64,000 nucleotides of DNA from Paraspadella gotoi. Lineage: Eukaryota > Animalia > Chaetognatha. Below are positions 15,448 to 30,377 of the stretch, piece after piece. The notes beneath the pieces were generated by a model. That model saw only the letters and a list, made by a program, of their open reading frames with translations, had not been told where the DNA came from and did not search any database. The DNA is taken from assembly GCA_051294375.1 (NCBI GenBank), contig CM119268.1:16293528-16357527 (forward strand), read 5' to 3'. Position 1 is the first letter of the stretch. Every line of letters begins with the position of its first letter. A program made the translations under genes and the position numbers.

Positions 15448-16088
15448 CCTTTTCTAAAATACAACCTTTATGCGTACTCGCTTGCCAGAAACGTGTTGCT
15501 TTTAGGTTAGTAGAAATGAAGTTACAACTCCAATTCTTTTAAAAACTTCTGCAAAACTATTAAGCTTTTAAAATTTATTATTTACATCCTATTTTGAATT
15601 TTATCGGGTATGAAAATTAAATATTTTACTTTTTTTTACGCCTACCTTCGTTCTTTATAACGCCGCGCCTTCGTTATTTCTTAATTAATTTTTCCATTAA
15701 TCTTTTTCTGTCTAGTTTTCAGTCCCCCCTTTCGTCTCTCTCTCTCTCTCTCTCTCTNNNNNNNNNNNNNNNNNNNNNNNNNNNNNNNNNNNNNNNNNNN
15801 NNNNNNNNNNNNNNNNNNNNNNNNNNNNNNNNNNNNNNNNNNNNNNNNNNNNNNNNNNNNNNNNNNNNNNNNNNNNNNNNNNNNNNNNNNNNNNNNNNNN
15901 NNNNNNNNNNNNNNNNNNNNNNNNNNNNNNNNNNNNNNNNNNNNNNNNNNNNNNNNNNNNNNNNNNNNNNNNNAAATCAATTTATCATGATTAGCGCCTC
16001 TGGCGACGGACGCCCTTAACTCGAGACTCAAGGATGTAAACAAATGACGAAGAGGGGCGATAGGGGAAAAGAGAGAGAGAGATAGAGA

Positions 16089-16121
16089 GAAAGAAAGAAA
16101 GAAAGAAAGAAAGAAAAAATA

Positions 16122-16217
<96 letters not shown>

Positions 16218-16220
16218 AAA
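16089..16220. repeat. (GAAA)n microsatellite; similar tracts at ~37150-37240, ~49673-49725 and ~51731-51910
   Basis: Directly visible. Confidence 0.97.
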
Positions 16221-18162
16221 AGAAGAGAAGAGAAGGGAGAAACACACTCGTCGTCTGGAATAAAATTAATAGGGAATTAAGCGGAGGAGGAAGAGCAAGA
16301 TAAACCTCCTCGAAAAATTTAACTTTTACAACAGTGGTGGCAAAAAAACATCTATTTTTAGAATAGAATCACAATAAAGTTTTTTTTTCAGCAACTTTAA
16401 TCTTTATTATTTCTGAAACAAACCAAAGCTATTTAAGTACATACTTAAGTCAGGAAAAAACCAGAACCGGTTTAAAAATGTCGTTTACTTAGTTATTAGT
16501 GAGCTGGCTCTTTTAAAAATAAAATATTATATTGGATTACCCCCTAAGATGTTTTCCCAATAGTGAAAGGAATAAAATCGAAATTTAAATTAAAAACTTC
16601 GTTGTTTTACCAAAAATCTTTCTGACAAAAATCGTGACGCTGATGAATTAAACAAAGAAAAAAAAAGGCAGGAGTGGTCAATGACTTGTCATTGCTATTT
16701 TTAAGCAGCTTTCACCGAATTTCTGGGTAAGTAAATTAAAGAAGAAAGGGAGGGAAACGATGCAGATTTTAGGAAAGNNNNNNNNNNNNNNNNNNNNNNN
16801 NNNNNNNNNNNNNNNNNNNNNNNNNNNNNNNNNNNNNNNNNNNNNNNNNNNNNNNNNNNNNNNNNNNNNNNNNNNNNNNNNNNNNNNNNNNNNNNNNNNN
16901 NNNNNNNNNNNNNNNNNNNNNNNNNNAAAAATAAAAAAAAGTAGTAAAAAAGACTTTATTTAACATCTCAAAGAATTAGTTTGTGTTTGTTTGTTTACTT
17001 TACAAAAAAATTTTTAGAAAAACTAATATTATAATATAAAGTTATTTAAAATTAAAAATAATGCTTTAATACTTAAAAAAGATAAGTAACATAAAAAAAA
17101 GCTAAAAAAGCGAAAAAAGAATAAAAAGAAGGAAAAACAAGAATCGTTGATTTTTTTCCCTCCGCTTTTTTCTTCTCCGGCGGAGGCGGTGAAATGTGGT
17201 TCAGTGGTTCAGTGAGTCGTTGCTGTGAGATGCGGTGAATAATAAGTGTAATAAGTGATATTTTTGCCCTAAAGTGATATTTTGGAGTACAACCCGAATG
17301 GGATTAGTCAAAATGCATAAACAAATCCAAATCTTTATTCAACATTAGGTTAATTTTAACACTGTATACTAACACTGTATAGTACACTATATATATATTT
17401 TAACACTGTATAGTGTACACTCTGAAGCAACTATAGTACCATCATAGGCTCGACAACAACAAAAACAAATATAAAGACGACGACGACGACGACGACGACG
17501 GAAGGAGCGAAGAAGAGACGCTCGTCCGCTGATGAGCCTTTCAACTTTCGCTTCTCCTTTCTCGATACTTTATCGAAAAAGTTTCGCGCTTCGTCAACCG
17601 ACCAGAGGAGAAGTGATGATGAGAGATGGAGAAAGGAGGATAGCAAAAAAAGTAATGAGAAAAAAGGATAGAAAGAGAAAGAAATATTGAAGAATGAAAG
17701 GAGAGAAAGGAAAGAGAAAAGAGAGAAAAAAAGAAGAAAAAAAAACAAGAAAGGGCAATTCCAAGGCGTCGCGCCGCACTGATGCTATTATCATATGATC
17801 GTATTACATGAACATGACAAAGACATTAACAACAAATATCAACTGGCCCGTATCCTATTTTTCAAGATGTATGAATCAATCTTACATAGTTATTTGCATT
17901 GTCTCTCTGAGGACTCGCGCCGCAAGCTCGAAAATTAAAAGAGAACAATAAAAAATAGGAGAAAAAAATAACCCCAAAACCTCCAAGAAATATAAAAGTG
18001 AATAAAGAAATAATCAAAACTAAAACAACAAAAATAGAAGAAAAGAAAGAAAAAGTTAAACAAAGAAAAAACAAAAAAAAAGATCGACCCCAAAGTATCG
18101 ACGCGAAATCAAGCCGCCCAACGCATGTGAACGAAAAAAGTGAGATCGTGAGTCTGAGTCTG

Positions 18163-18209
<47 letters not shown>

Positions 18210-18977
18210 CAACCGAGTAGGCTTTATTCAGGTGGTCATTCACTCGCCCATTCACTGCGCAGTCGATCCTTGATGACCACCGACCACGAGGTCACGGGGT
18301 CAGGGGAAGGGGGGAAAGAAATTAAGGTAGGGGTCGCGCGAGCGGGGAAAGGGTCAGGGACGTTAGAGGGTTTTGGAATCAAGGGTGAGGAATTGAGAAA
18401 GAGAGAGGATGAGGAGGGGAAGATAACGGGAAAGGTTTTACTGGTGGCCAAAGTGAAAAAGCTAGCTGTAATTAACTCTACCTCTTTCCGAATAATGAAA
18501 AAGATAAATGAAACTCTTGCTGAAATCTCCCAAGCATCACTGTTTGGCCAAGGCTCTGACGGTTAGACCCGTAATCCCTTTCACAAACGGAGCTCGCCGT
18601 CTCCGTGCCGTTCCACCCGTACGATAATTTTACCGTCCCAGTGCCATCTGCCACCCTGCCACCTCTTTTGCCACCCCTTATTTCCACTAGTTTCGCCTCG
18701 AGTTCCTTTCTCTGACTCACGGTGCCTGGATAGACTCTCCCTCTATTGTCCCTTCATCGTTTTTCAAAAGTTCCCGCCCTCCGTCTCGCGCCCCCCTCTG
18801 CCCCCCCTCGCCGACGCNNNNNNNNNNNNNNNNNNNNNNNNNNNNNNNNNNNNNNNNNNNNNNNNNNNNNNNNNNNNNNNNNNNNNNNNNNNNNNNNNNN
18901 NNNNNNNNNNNNNNNNNNNNNNNNNNNNNNNNNNNNNNNNNNNNNNNNNNNNNNNNNNNNNNNNNNNNNNNNNNNNN

Positions 18978-19013
<36 letters not shown>

Positions 19014-21190
19014 AATGCTCCTCTCGTTACGGTTACCTTATACATCTTTTAACAATTGACTACTGCTGTTCTNNNNNNNNNNNNNNNNNNNNNNNNNNNN
19101 NNNNNNNNNNNNNNNNNNNNNNNNNNNNNNNNNNNNNNNNNNNNNNNNNNNNNNNNNNNNNNNNNNNNNNNNNNNNNNNNNNNNNNNNNNNNNNNNNNNN
19201 NNNNNNNNNNNNNNNNNNNNNNNNNNNNNNNNNNNNNNNNNNNNNNNNNNNNNNNNNNNNNNNNNNNNNNNNNNNNNNNNNNNNNNNNNNNNNNNNNNNN
19301 NNNNNNNNNNNNNNNNNNNNNNNNNNNNNNNNNNNNNNNNNNNNNNNNNNNNNNNNNNAAAAGTAAAAAGAAAAAGAGAGAAAAAAAAGTTAAAACTAAA
19401 AACAAAAAGACGGAAAATTATGCAGCCGCAAAAACCAAAGAGGAACAAAAAANNNNNNNNNNNNNNNNNNNNNNNNNNNNNNNNNNNNNNNNNNNNNNNN
19501 NNNNNNNNNNNNNNNNNNNNNNNNNNNNNNNNNNNNNNNNNNNNNNNNNNNNNNNNNNNNNNNNNNNNNNNNNNNNNNNNNNNNNNNNNNNNNNNNNNNN
19601 NNNNNNNNNNNNNNNNNNNNNNNNNNNNNNNNNNNNNNNNNNNNNNNNNNNNNNNNNNNNNNNNNNNNNNNNNNNNNNNNNNNNNNNNNNNNNNNNNNNN
19701 NNNNNNNNNNNNNNNNNNNNNNNNNNNNNNNNNNNNNNNNNNNNNNNNNNNNNNNNNNNNNNNNNNNNNNNNNNNNNNNNNNNNNNNNNNNNNNNNNNNN
19801 NNNNNNNNNNNNNNNNNNNNNNNNNNNNNNNNNNNNNNNNNNNNNNNNNNNNNNNNNNNNNNNTCCCTAACCTCTCTCTCCTGCCTCTTTTTCCTCTTGC
19901 CTTACAGGGTCTTCAACCTTTAATTAACTTTTTAATTATCAAATATTTAATAATAAATTGAAATTATTTTTTACTTTTTAATACAAAGAAATTAACTACT
20001 ACCCGCTGATTAAATGAGATTTTAGTTATTTTAAAATTCAAATTTTTCATATGTCAGTCGATATTGAAATTCTTGTATTGAATTGTTGGCTGTTTTTTCC
20101 GTTTCTCCCGCATATTTTTTCCCTGAAAGCATTTTCATCTCGGTTTTTATAGAAAGCTTGAAAAATTCTTTTTACCTATTTACCGCTTTTTTTTTATGAT
20201 TTGATTTTCTTGAAAGGAAAAGATAAAGGATGTTCATCTTGAGTCAAAAAGACAAAGAAACAGAGTAAAAAGAAAAAAAAATAAAGAAAAGAAATGAAGC
20301 AAAAGGGAGGAAACCAAGCAAACACAATATTACATTTCGGAAATATAATCACAAAACGGTTTCACCGATGCTTAATCGCTTGAGCGTTTGCCCAATACTT
20401 CAAGAAATCGCTATCGGCGCAAAAATTCAAACTTCTGCGCGAATCGTCTTTTCGCAAAACCGATTTCTGCATATTCCTCTCACGCCTTTCTCCGCTTCAA
20501 TCGTCGCCGCCGCCGCCGCCGCCGCCGCGCCATTCCCGCATCTGCTTCCGCCTCCATCGTTGCGCTGAGGGGCGCTTACGCCATCTCCCCCACCGTCTTT
20601 TGTTCTTCGGCGTCAAAAGACAAAAGACGCTGAAATGGGGGAACAATGGAGCGACATCTACGACGATGACGAAAACAAAATAACGGCAACCACGAGATAT
20701 GAGACAACGACGAAAAAGAAAACGACGAAGTCGATGAAGAAAAGGACAAAGATGACGACGACGACGACGACAAAAAAGTTCAAGGACCCAGGATTAAAAA
20801 ATGAAAATTGAAAAATGTTTTTTTTTTTTACTTTATTAGACTATTTTTACAAAAATTAATAAAAAATAAAGGGAGCTTCTATACAATACCAGGTTAAAAA
20901 TTACTTTCTGCTCTAGGTTTCTAATTAGATCGTTCTTGTTAGTGTAATATAAATCCAAAAATATTTACTAGATCTGAGAGCCGTTTTACTGACTACAAAG
21001 CTTCCTGTCATTGATTCAACTTTTTTGTCGGAAGGACTCCCGCTTGGCGACAACAACGACGGAGAAGAAAAATGGCGCATGTGAACAAAAACGAATGACA
21101 ACAACAACAACAACAATTTGGAGGCCGTTAATGAAAATAACGTCGCCATTAACACCAATTTGAAAGGTAGAGATAAAAGGAAAAAGAGGG

Positions 21191-21237
<47 letters not shown>

Positions 21238-21589
21238 AAAATCTTTTGAGTAAATTATAATTACGGTTTTTGATCTCCTCTTCCTCCTCGTCAACAACGA
21301 CGACAGCGACGACGACGATAAAAACGACGAGGCCGACGACGACGACATCCACTGATGAGCGGGGTTGTCCGTCTCTCGCTCACCTTCTGAGAACATCAAC
21401 ATTGCTGGCAACAATCAGGATGAATCGCGAGTCTCAGGGATCAAAGCATAATCTAGGACTGGAGGTAGGCAAAAGCGAGTATCGAGAAACAATCAGAATG
21501 GGCAATCTCTCAGGTAAACTCTGCTTGATCAATAACCAAATATCTAACCACGCAAATAGCATACGATGACGACTTCGACGACGATGATG

Positions 21590-21790
21590 ACGAATAAACA
21601 ACAACGTGGACGACAAAAACGACAACGCTATCGATGTCAACGACGATGACAACGACTGAGATAATAATGACAAAGACTACAACGACTACTACTACGACGA
21701 CGACGCTGACGACGAGAAATACGACGACGACTACAACGACGTCGACGACAAAAACGACGACGACTACAACGACGATGACGACGACGACGG
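21590..21790. repeat. Compound (GAC/AAC/TAC)n trinucleotide tract
   Basis: Directly visible; it produces the poly-Thr pseudo-ORF. Confidence 0.9.
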
Positions 21791-22249
21791 CCGTGGAAGC
21801 CAGAGAACCGGAACTCAGTAATTAGAGAGTTTCGACGCCGCGAGATTCTTAAGCACCGAAATTTTCCCGCCAACAACACAAAAGCGCCACTCCTCCCTGC
21901 CAGTCACGTTTGCCACTCGATTCACGATGTCTCGGTTGCCATTTCACGTTGCCAGTTGCCACTACACCACACCTGGAATACGGTCACCGCTTCTTCCTTT
22001 TAATCTTCCTACGGCCAGGCTCACTGTCACGCCTGTTTATCAAGCTATCACGCCTGTCACTCTGTCCCACACACGGGTTGTATCTCTGACACACTGCTTG
22101 TAACAAGTAAAGTAGTGAACTTGTGATGTTCAAACCTGATCCTCGAGTAAAAAAAGTCAAGTGAATTTTCTTCTCTTCTCTCTTGTTCCTCATCAATTTT
22201 GTGAAACTCATTTTTCTCGCAAAGACAATGTTTCACTTTTCGCTCGTTA

Positions 22250-25637
<3,388 letters not shown>

Positions 25638-25859
25638 ATGATTCCTTGTCTGTTATGTATTGCGCGAGCATCGTGCGTTGTATTATTACTTTTCTCATCT
25701 CCCTTTGACCTGCCCATCGCTTTTTTTTTATTTTTCGTTCCTAGGAATATATTATTTTTTTTAACATTTATTTTTATCTTCAGTTTAACTTTCGTCGTCG
25801 ATAAATATTCTTTACTCGTCGAATCAAATAGATGGCGCGAAAAAAGCGTTTCCAAAGAT

Positions 25860-25959
<100 letters not shown>

Positions 25960-26559
25960 GGAATGTTTTTTAACGCGCTTGAGCCTCGCGGCACCTTTAG
26001 AAATAGTTAGGTGCTAGAAAATAATCTTCAAGAGAAGGAGCGAAATTTTTTTTAAACTTAATTGGGGGAAGAGAAGAGGAAAGAGAAAAAAAAAGGAGCG
26101 AATGGTTTGATGTTGCTTTGATATTTTAACAAGTTTGAATACAGATGAAATAAAAAAGAGGTTTATTTAAAAAAAAACCAAAAATTCTATATATTAATTT
26201 GTTAAGTTAGACATATTTGTACAAAATAAAGCTGAATTTAAATTTATAATTCATTCAACGCTCAATGTGATACAAAATCAAAAGTATAAAACCCAAAAAA
26301 TACCAACTATTGTTCGATATTAAAGTTTTTATAAACATATAAAAGCAAGTTGGATATTAACAACAAGATGAAAAAGTGTAAACAGGTCCAAGCGGCTCGC
26401 ATAGGATGTCACAAAATGGAGGAAGAAAGAAGCGAAAGGCGACCGAGGGGCGCTGGAGGAAAGTTTTTTAACCGCCACCTTAAAGCGGAAGCGAATGGGA
26501 AAGGAAAGAAAGGAAGGGATAAAAAGGAGGCTGGGAGGAAAGAGATGGAAGTGAAAGAA

Positions 26560-27590
26560 GGAAAGGGAGGGAGGAGAGGGAAAGGAGGAAATAGAGGGTA
26601 GTGAGTAAGAGATTGAAGAGAAAAGGAGGAAAGGAAAAATGGGAGGAAGGTGATTGGAGGGAAAAGGAGGAAAGGAAAGATGGGAGGAAGGAGATTGGAG
26701 GGAAAAGGAGGAAAGGAAGAGGGGAGGAAGGATGATTGGAGGGGAAGGAGGAAAGGCGAAGATCGAGATGAAGGAGATTGAAGGTGAGGAGCGAACGGGT
26801 AATATGCGGAGGAAGGACGTGTGGATGGGAAAAGGTACGAAAGGAATAGTTGGGAGGAAGGAGATTGGAGCGAGAAGTGTGTGGGGAAAGGTAAAGATGG
26901 TGGAAGGAGATGAGGGGATAGATGGAAAGTAGAAGATGAGAGGAGGAGATTGGAGGGAAAGGAGGAAAGAAGATGCGGAGGAAGGATGATTGTGAGGGAA
27001 ACGAGGAGGAAAGGAAAGCATGGCGGAGTGAAGGCATTATTGAAGCGGGGGAAAGGAGGAAAGGGAAAGATTGGAGGAAGGAGATTGCGAGAGGAAGGAG
27101 GAAAGGCGAAGATGAGAGGAAGGAGATTGAAGGGGAAAGGAGGAAAGGAGAACATGGATGAGGAGATGGGATGCGCGCATAAGGCTGGGGAAAGGAAGGC
27201 GGAAAGTAAAGCTGGGAGGATAGAATTTTGAGGGGGCAGGGGAAAGGAAAGAGGGAGGAAGCTGAGCATTGGAGTGGAGGAGGAAAGGGCTAAGATGATA
27301 GGAAGGAGATTTGAGGGGAAAGAAGGTAATGGAATATGGGAGGAAGGAAATTGGACGGAAAAGGAGGAAAGGAAAGAGGGGAGGAAGGAGATTAGAGGGA
27401 AAAGGAGGTAAGGAAGGAAAGGAAAGATGAGAGGAAGGAGATTGAAGGGGAAAGGAGGAAAGAGAAGATGGGAGGAAGAAGATTGTAGGGAAAAAGAAGG
27501 AAAGGAAAGAGGGGAGGAAGGAGATTGAAGGGGAAAGGAGGAAAGAGAAGATGGGAGGAAGGAGATTGGAGGGAAAAGGAAAGAAAGGAG
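26560..27590. repeat. Degenerate purine-rich minisatellite, ~41 bp unit (ggaggaaggagattggagggaaaaggaggaaaggaaagatg)
   Basis: Recurring ggaggaaggagatt(g/a) core with almost no C on the + strand. Confidence 0.85.
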
Positions 27591-29762
27591 TTAGGTTTCG
27601 TCGGTTTCCCTCGAGAAAAACGAAGGCGAGAAATTCAATGTGATTGAGAAAAACGTGAGTGGAATCATCATCAAGTTTTTAAAACGAAAAAAGAAAAAAA
27701 AAATTTCTTTCCTTTTTTCTTTTTTTTAATTTTACGTTTTCCTCTTTCTTTTCTCGCTGCTTCTTTATGAAAGGAAGAAATGTGATATCTGAGACCTGCG
27801 AAGAGGGAAAGGAAAGAGTGAGAAGGGGAACAACCCGAGCAAAATATAAGAAGCAGCCATTTTTTTCATCTTTTGTCTTTTCCAGGATTTTCTTTTTTAT
27901 ACTATCTCTTCTTTTTTTTTCTTTAAAAATTGGATTATTGAAACGTCCTCCTGAGTTAAACAGTAAAAATGTATTTTGAGAAAAAAATTAAACTTAGGTT
28001 TTCATTTTTGGTTAGAGAGAGAGAGAGAAAGATGTGAATGAAAAAAGGACAGGAGATATTGAGAAAGGAGAAGAGGCAAGAGCGATAATAGCTTGGGCCG
28101 ATCTGGTAGAAAATGGCGGAAGACTTATCTATTTCGTGAAAAAGAGTCCGTTTAATTGTCAAGTTTGTCTCACTATAGTATAAATAAACTTGTCTCATTG
28201 ATAGATTATCACTCCTGAAACGCTGTTAACTCGTGTAACACTTTCACTTCCTTTTTCTTTAATTCTTTTAAATCCTGCTCCGCCATTGTCACCCCTTCAC
28301 CTCTCATCGAAGGCGAACGCAGCCCCGGATTTCTCCAGCGTCAATGAGAAGACAAGAAACTGGCCATTAATCTCAAAGTTTTAATTAGATCCCGAGAGGG
28401 GCGCTGCTTTCATATGCTAAACAGTTTCAGATGGGCGAAGCAGATAGGAGGAGAGAGAAAAGAAAAAGGGAGACACACNNNNNNNNNNAGAGAAATAGCG
28501 CAATGATCAAGCATTGACGAATTTCAGTTGGCTTTAAACCGAATCCCGTGGCCCGGCCGGGCTTTTAAGCCGTCTCGGCCAATTTGAACCCATCGCCCCT
28601 GACGGTGATGTATATAATTCGTCATGAGGCGGAGTTAGGCGGAATCTATCCGGCGCCGGGACCGTCGACTTTCCGGGTCGCCGGAAAAAAAGGCAAACAA
28701 AGGACTTTTAGTTTTTCTTTCACAGAGTTCTGTCATTAATTTCATTGGAAAGTGGTTTGCCTCTTTTTAATAAACAAAAGTTAACGTAAACTTTTTGCAT
28801 CTTTTTGCACCGAATCTAATTCATCTTTTTAATTTTAGTGTCACTCATTTTATTGAATTCACAAAATACTGCGTTTAGACAGATTTCATTATTTTCAACA
28901 AATGTCCTCGAACACAACTTCAGAGCAAGTAGTTTTAGATGAAATTTTACTGTCTTTTTCTCCACTGAATTCTCCTTTTTATATATCTTGTTAGTTTTCT
29001 ATATAAATCTGCTTTAATGATCGAGGGATATTTTTTTCAAAAGTTTTTTTCTTTGTCGACTTTATATAACCGATAGACGTCGAGCTCAGATGCGACTGTA
29101 AGATTCGATTTTGGTTGAGAGANNNNNNNNNNNNNNNNNNNNNNNNNNNNNNNNNNNNNNNNNNNNNNNNNNNNNNNNNNNNNNNNNNNNNNNNNNNNNN
29201 NNNNNNNNNNNNNNNNNNNNNNNNNNNNNNNNNNNNNNNNNNNNNNNNNNNNNNNNNNNNNNNNNNNNNNNNNNNNNNNNNNNNNNNNNNNNNNNNNNNN
29301 NNNNNNNNNNNNNNNNNNNNNNNNNNNNNNNNNNNNNNNNNNNNNNNNNNNNNNNNNNNNNNNNNNNNNNNNNNNNNNNNNNNNNNNNNNNNNNNNNNNN
29401 NNNNNNNNNNNNNNNNNNNNNNNNNNNNNNNNNNNNNNNNNNNNNNNNNNNNNNNNGAAAGAAGACTCTCCCATCCCCAAATTTTGGAAGCATGGCGCGA
29501 GTCTCAGCGAAATAAACTCTCTATCAGTCGATATCTGGGGGAGAAGAGTCGCCGAANNNNNNNNNNNNNNNNNNNNNNNNNNNNNNNNNNNNNNNNNNNN
29601 NNNNNNNNNNNNNNNNNNNNNNNNNNNNNNNNNNNNNNNNNNNNNNNNNNNNNNNNNNNNNNNNNNNNNNNNNNNNNNNNNNNNNNNNNNNNNNNNNNNN
29701 NNNNNNNNNNNNNNNNNNNNNNNNNNNNNNNNNNNNNNNTCTCTCTCTTTCTATCTTGCAAG

Positions 29763-29839
29763 AAAGAACGACCTCACCCCGGGCGTGAATTCGGAAATGC
29801 GAGATGAAGAGTTCATCAATACTCGTTCAAGGCTCAGAG
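29763..29839 (+). CDS. Cold-shock-domain gene, candidate exon (KNDLTPGVNSEMRDEEFINTRSRLR)
   Basis: Acceptor ctctttctatcttgcaag, donor G|GTGGGA, phase 1. Splices to give RLRGTCKLF. Confidence 0.5.
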
Positions 29840-30011
29840 GTGGGACTCAGGGATGGACTCCTCCTTCAAACCCAAACACCCTCAGCCGTCTGCGTCCCCC
29901 AACGACAGAGCGCCCTGCACCCCCATTTCCAGAAAAATATTCTATCTTTATACTATCGCGGCAATTATTTGCGACTATTTTTTTTTTTATTTGCATCACA
30001 ACTATGTGTAG

Positions 30012-30111
30012 GAACGTGCAAGCTCTTTAGCCGATATAAGGGTTTCGGGTTCGCTGATTCCTCAATTTTAGATTTAGGACCAAATCAACTCGCTGAACCT
30101 AACGTCTACAT
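30012..30111 (+). CDS. Cold-shock-domain-like exon (GTCKLFSRYKGFGFADSSILDLGPNQLAEPNVY)
   Basis: G.CK.F...KGFGF matches CSD beta1-beta2/RNP1, and NVYI corresponds to DVFV (RNP2). T-rich acceptor ending tgtag, donor AT|GTAAGA. Confidence 0.65.
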
Positions 30112-30303
30112 GTAAGAACTTTCGGATATATTCTTCCCTCTCACCACCCCTAACCTCAAACTCCCCCAACCTACCATCACCCCTACCACCACCTTCGCCA
30201 CCTCTCCCTTTAATCACGAAGTGGGGATGGATTTCCGATGGAGTCTCGTCCGCCAGAATTCGACGATGACTCCGTGATGCTTATCCGATAGACCCGTGAG
30301 TGG

Positions 30304-30377
<74 letters not shown>

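Noticed and set aside
18478-18720. 80-aa minus-strand ORF and a WHWDGK segment in another frame
   Set aside because: No consistent splice signals, and the Ig-like frame stops early.
21634-21825. Mucin-like poly-Thr ORF
   Set aside because: Product of a trinucleotide microsatellite, with no signal peptide or exon structure.
26329-27269. Longest ORFs outside N gaps (230-286 aa, F/P/S-rich)
   Set aside because: Stop-free only because of the polypurine/polypyrimidine minisatellite.
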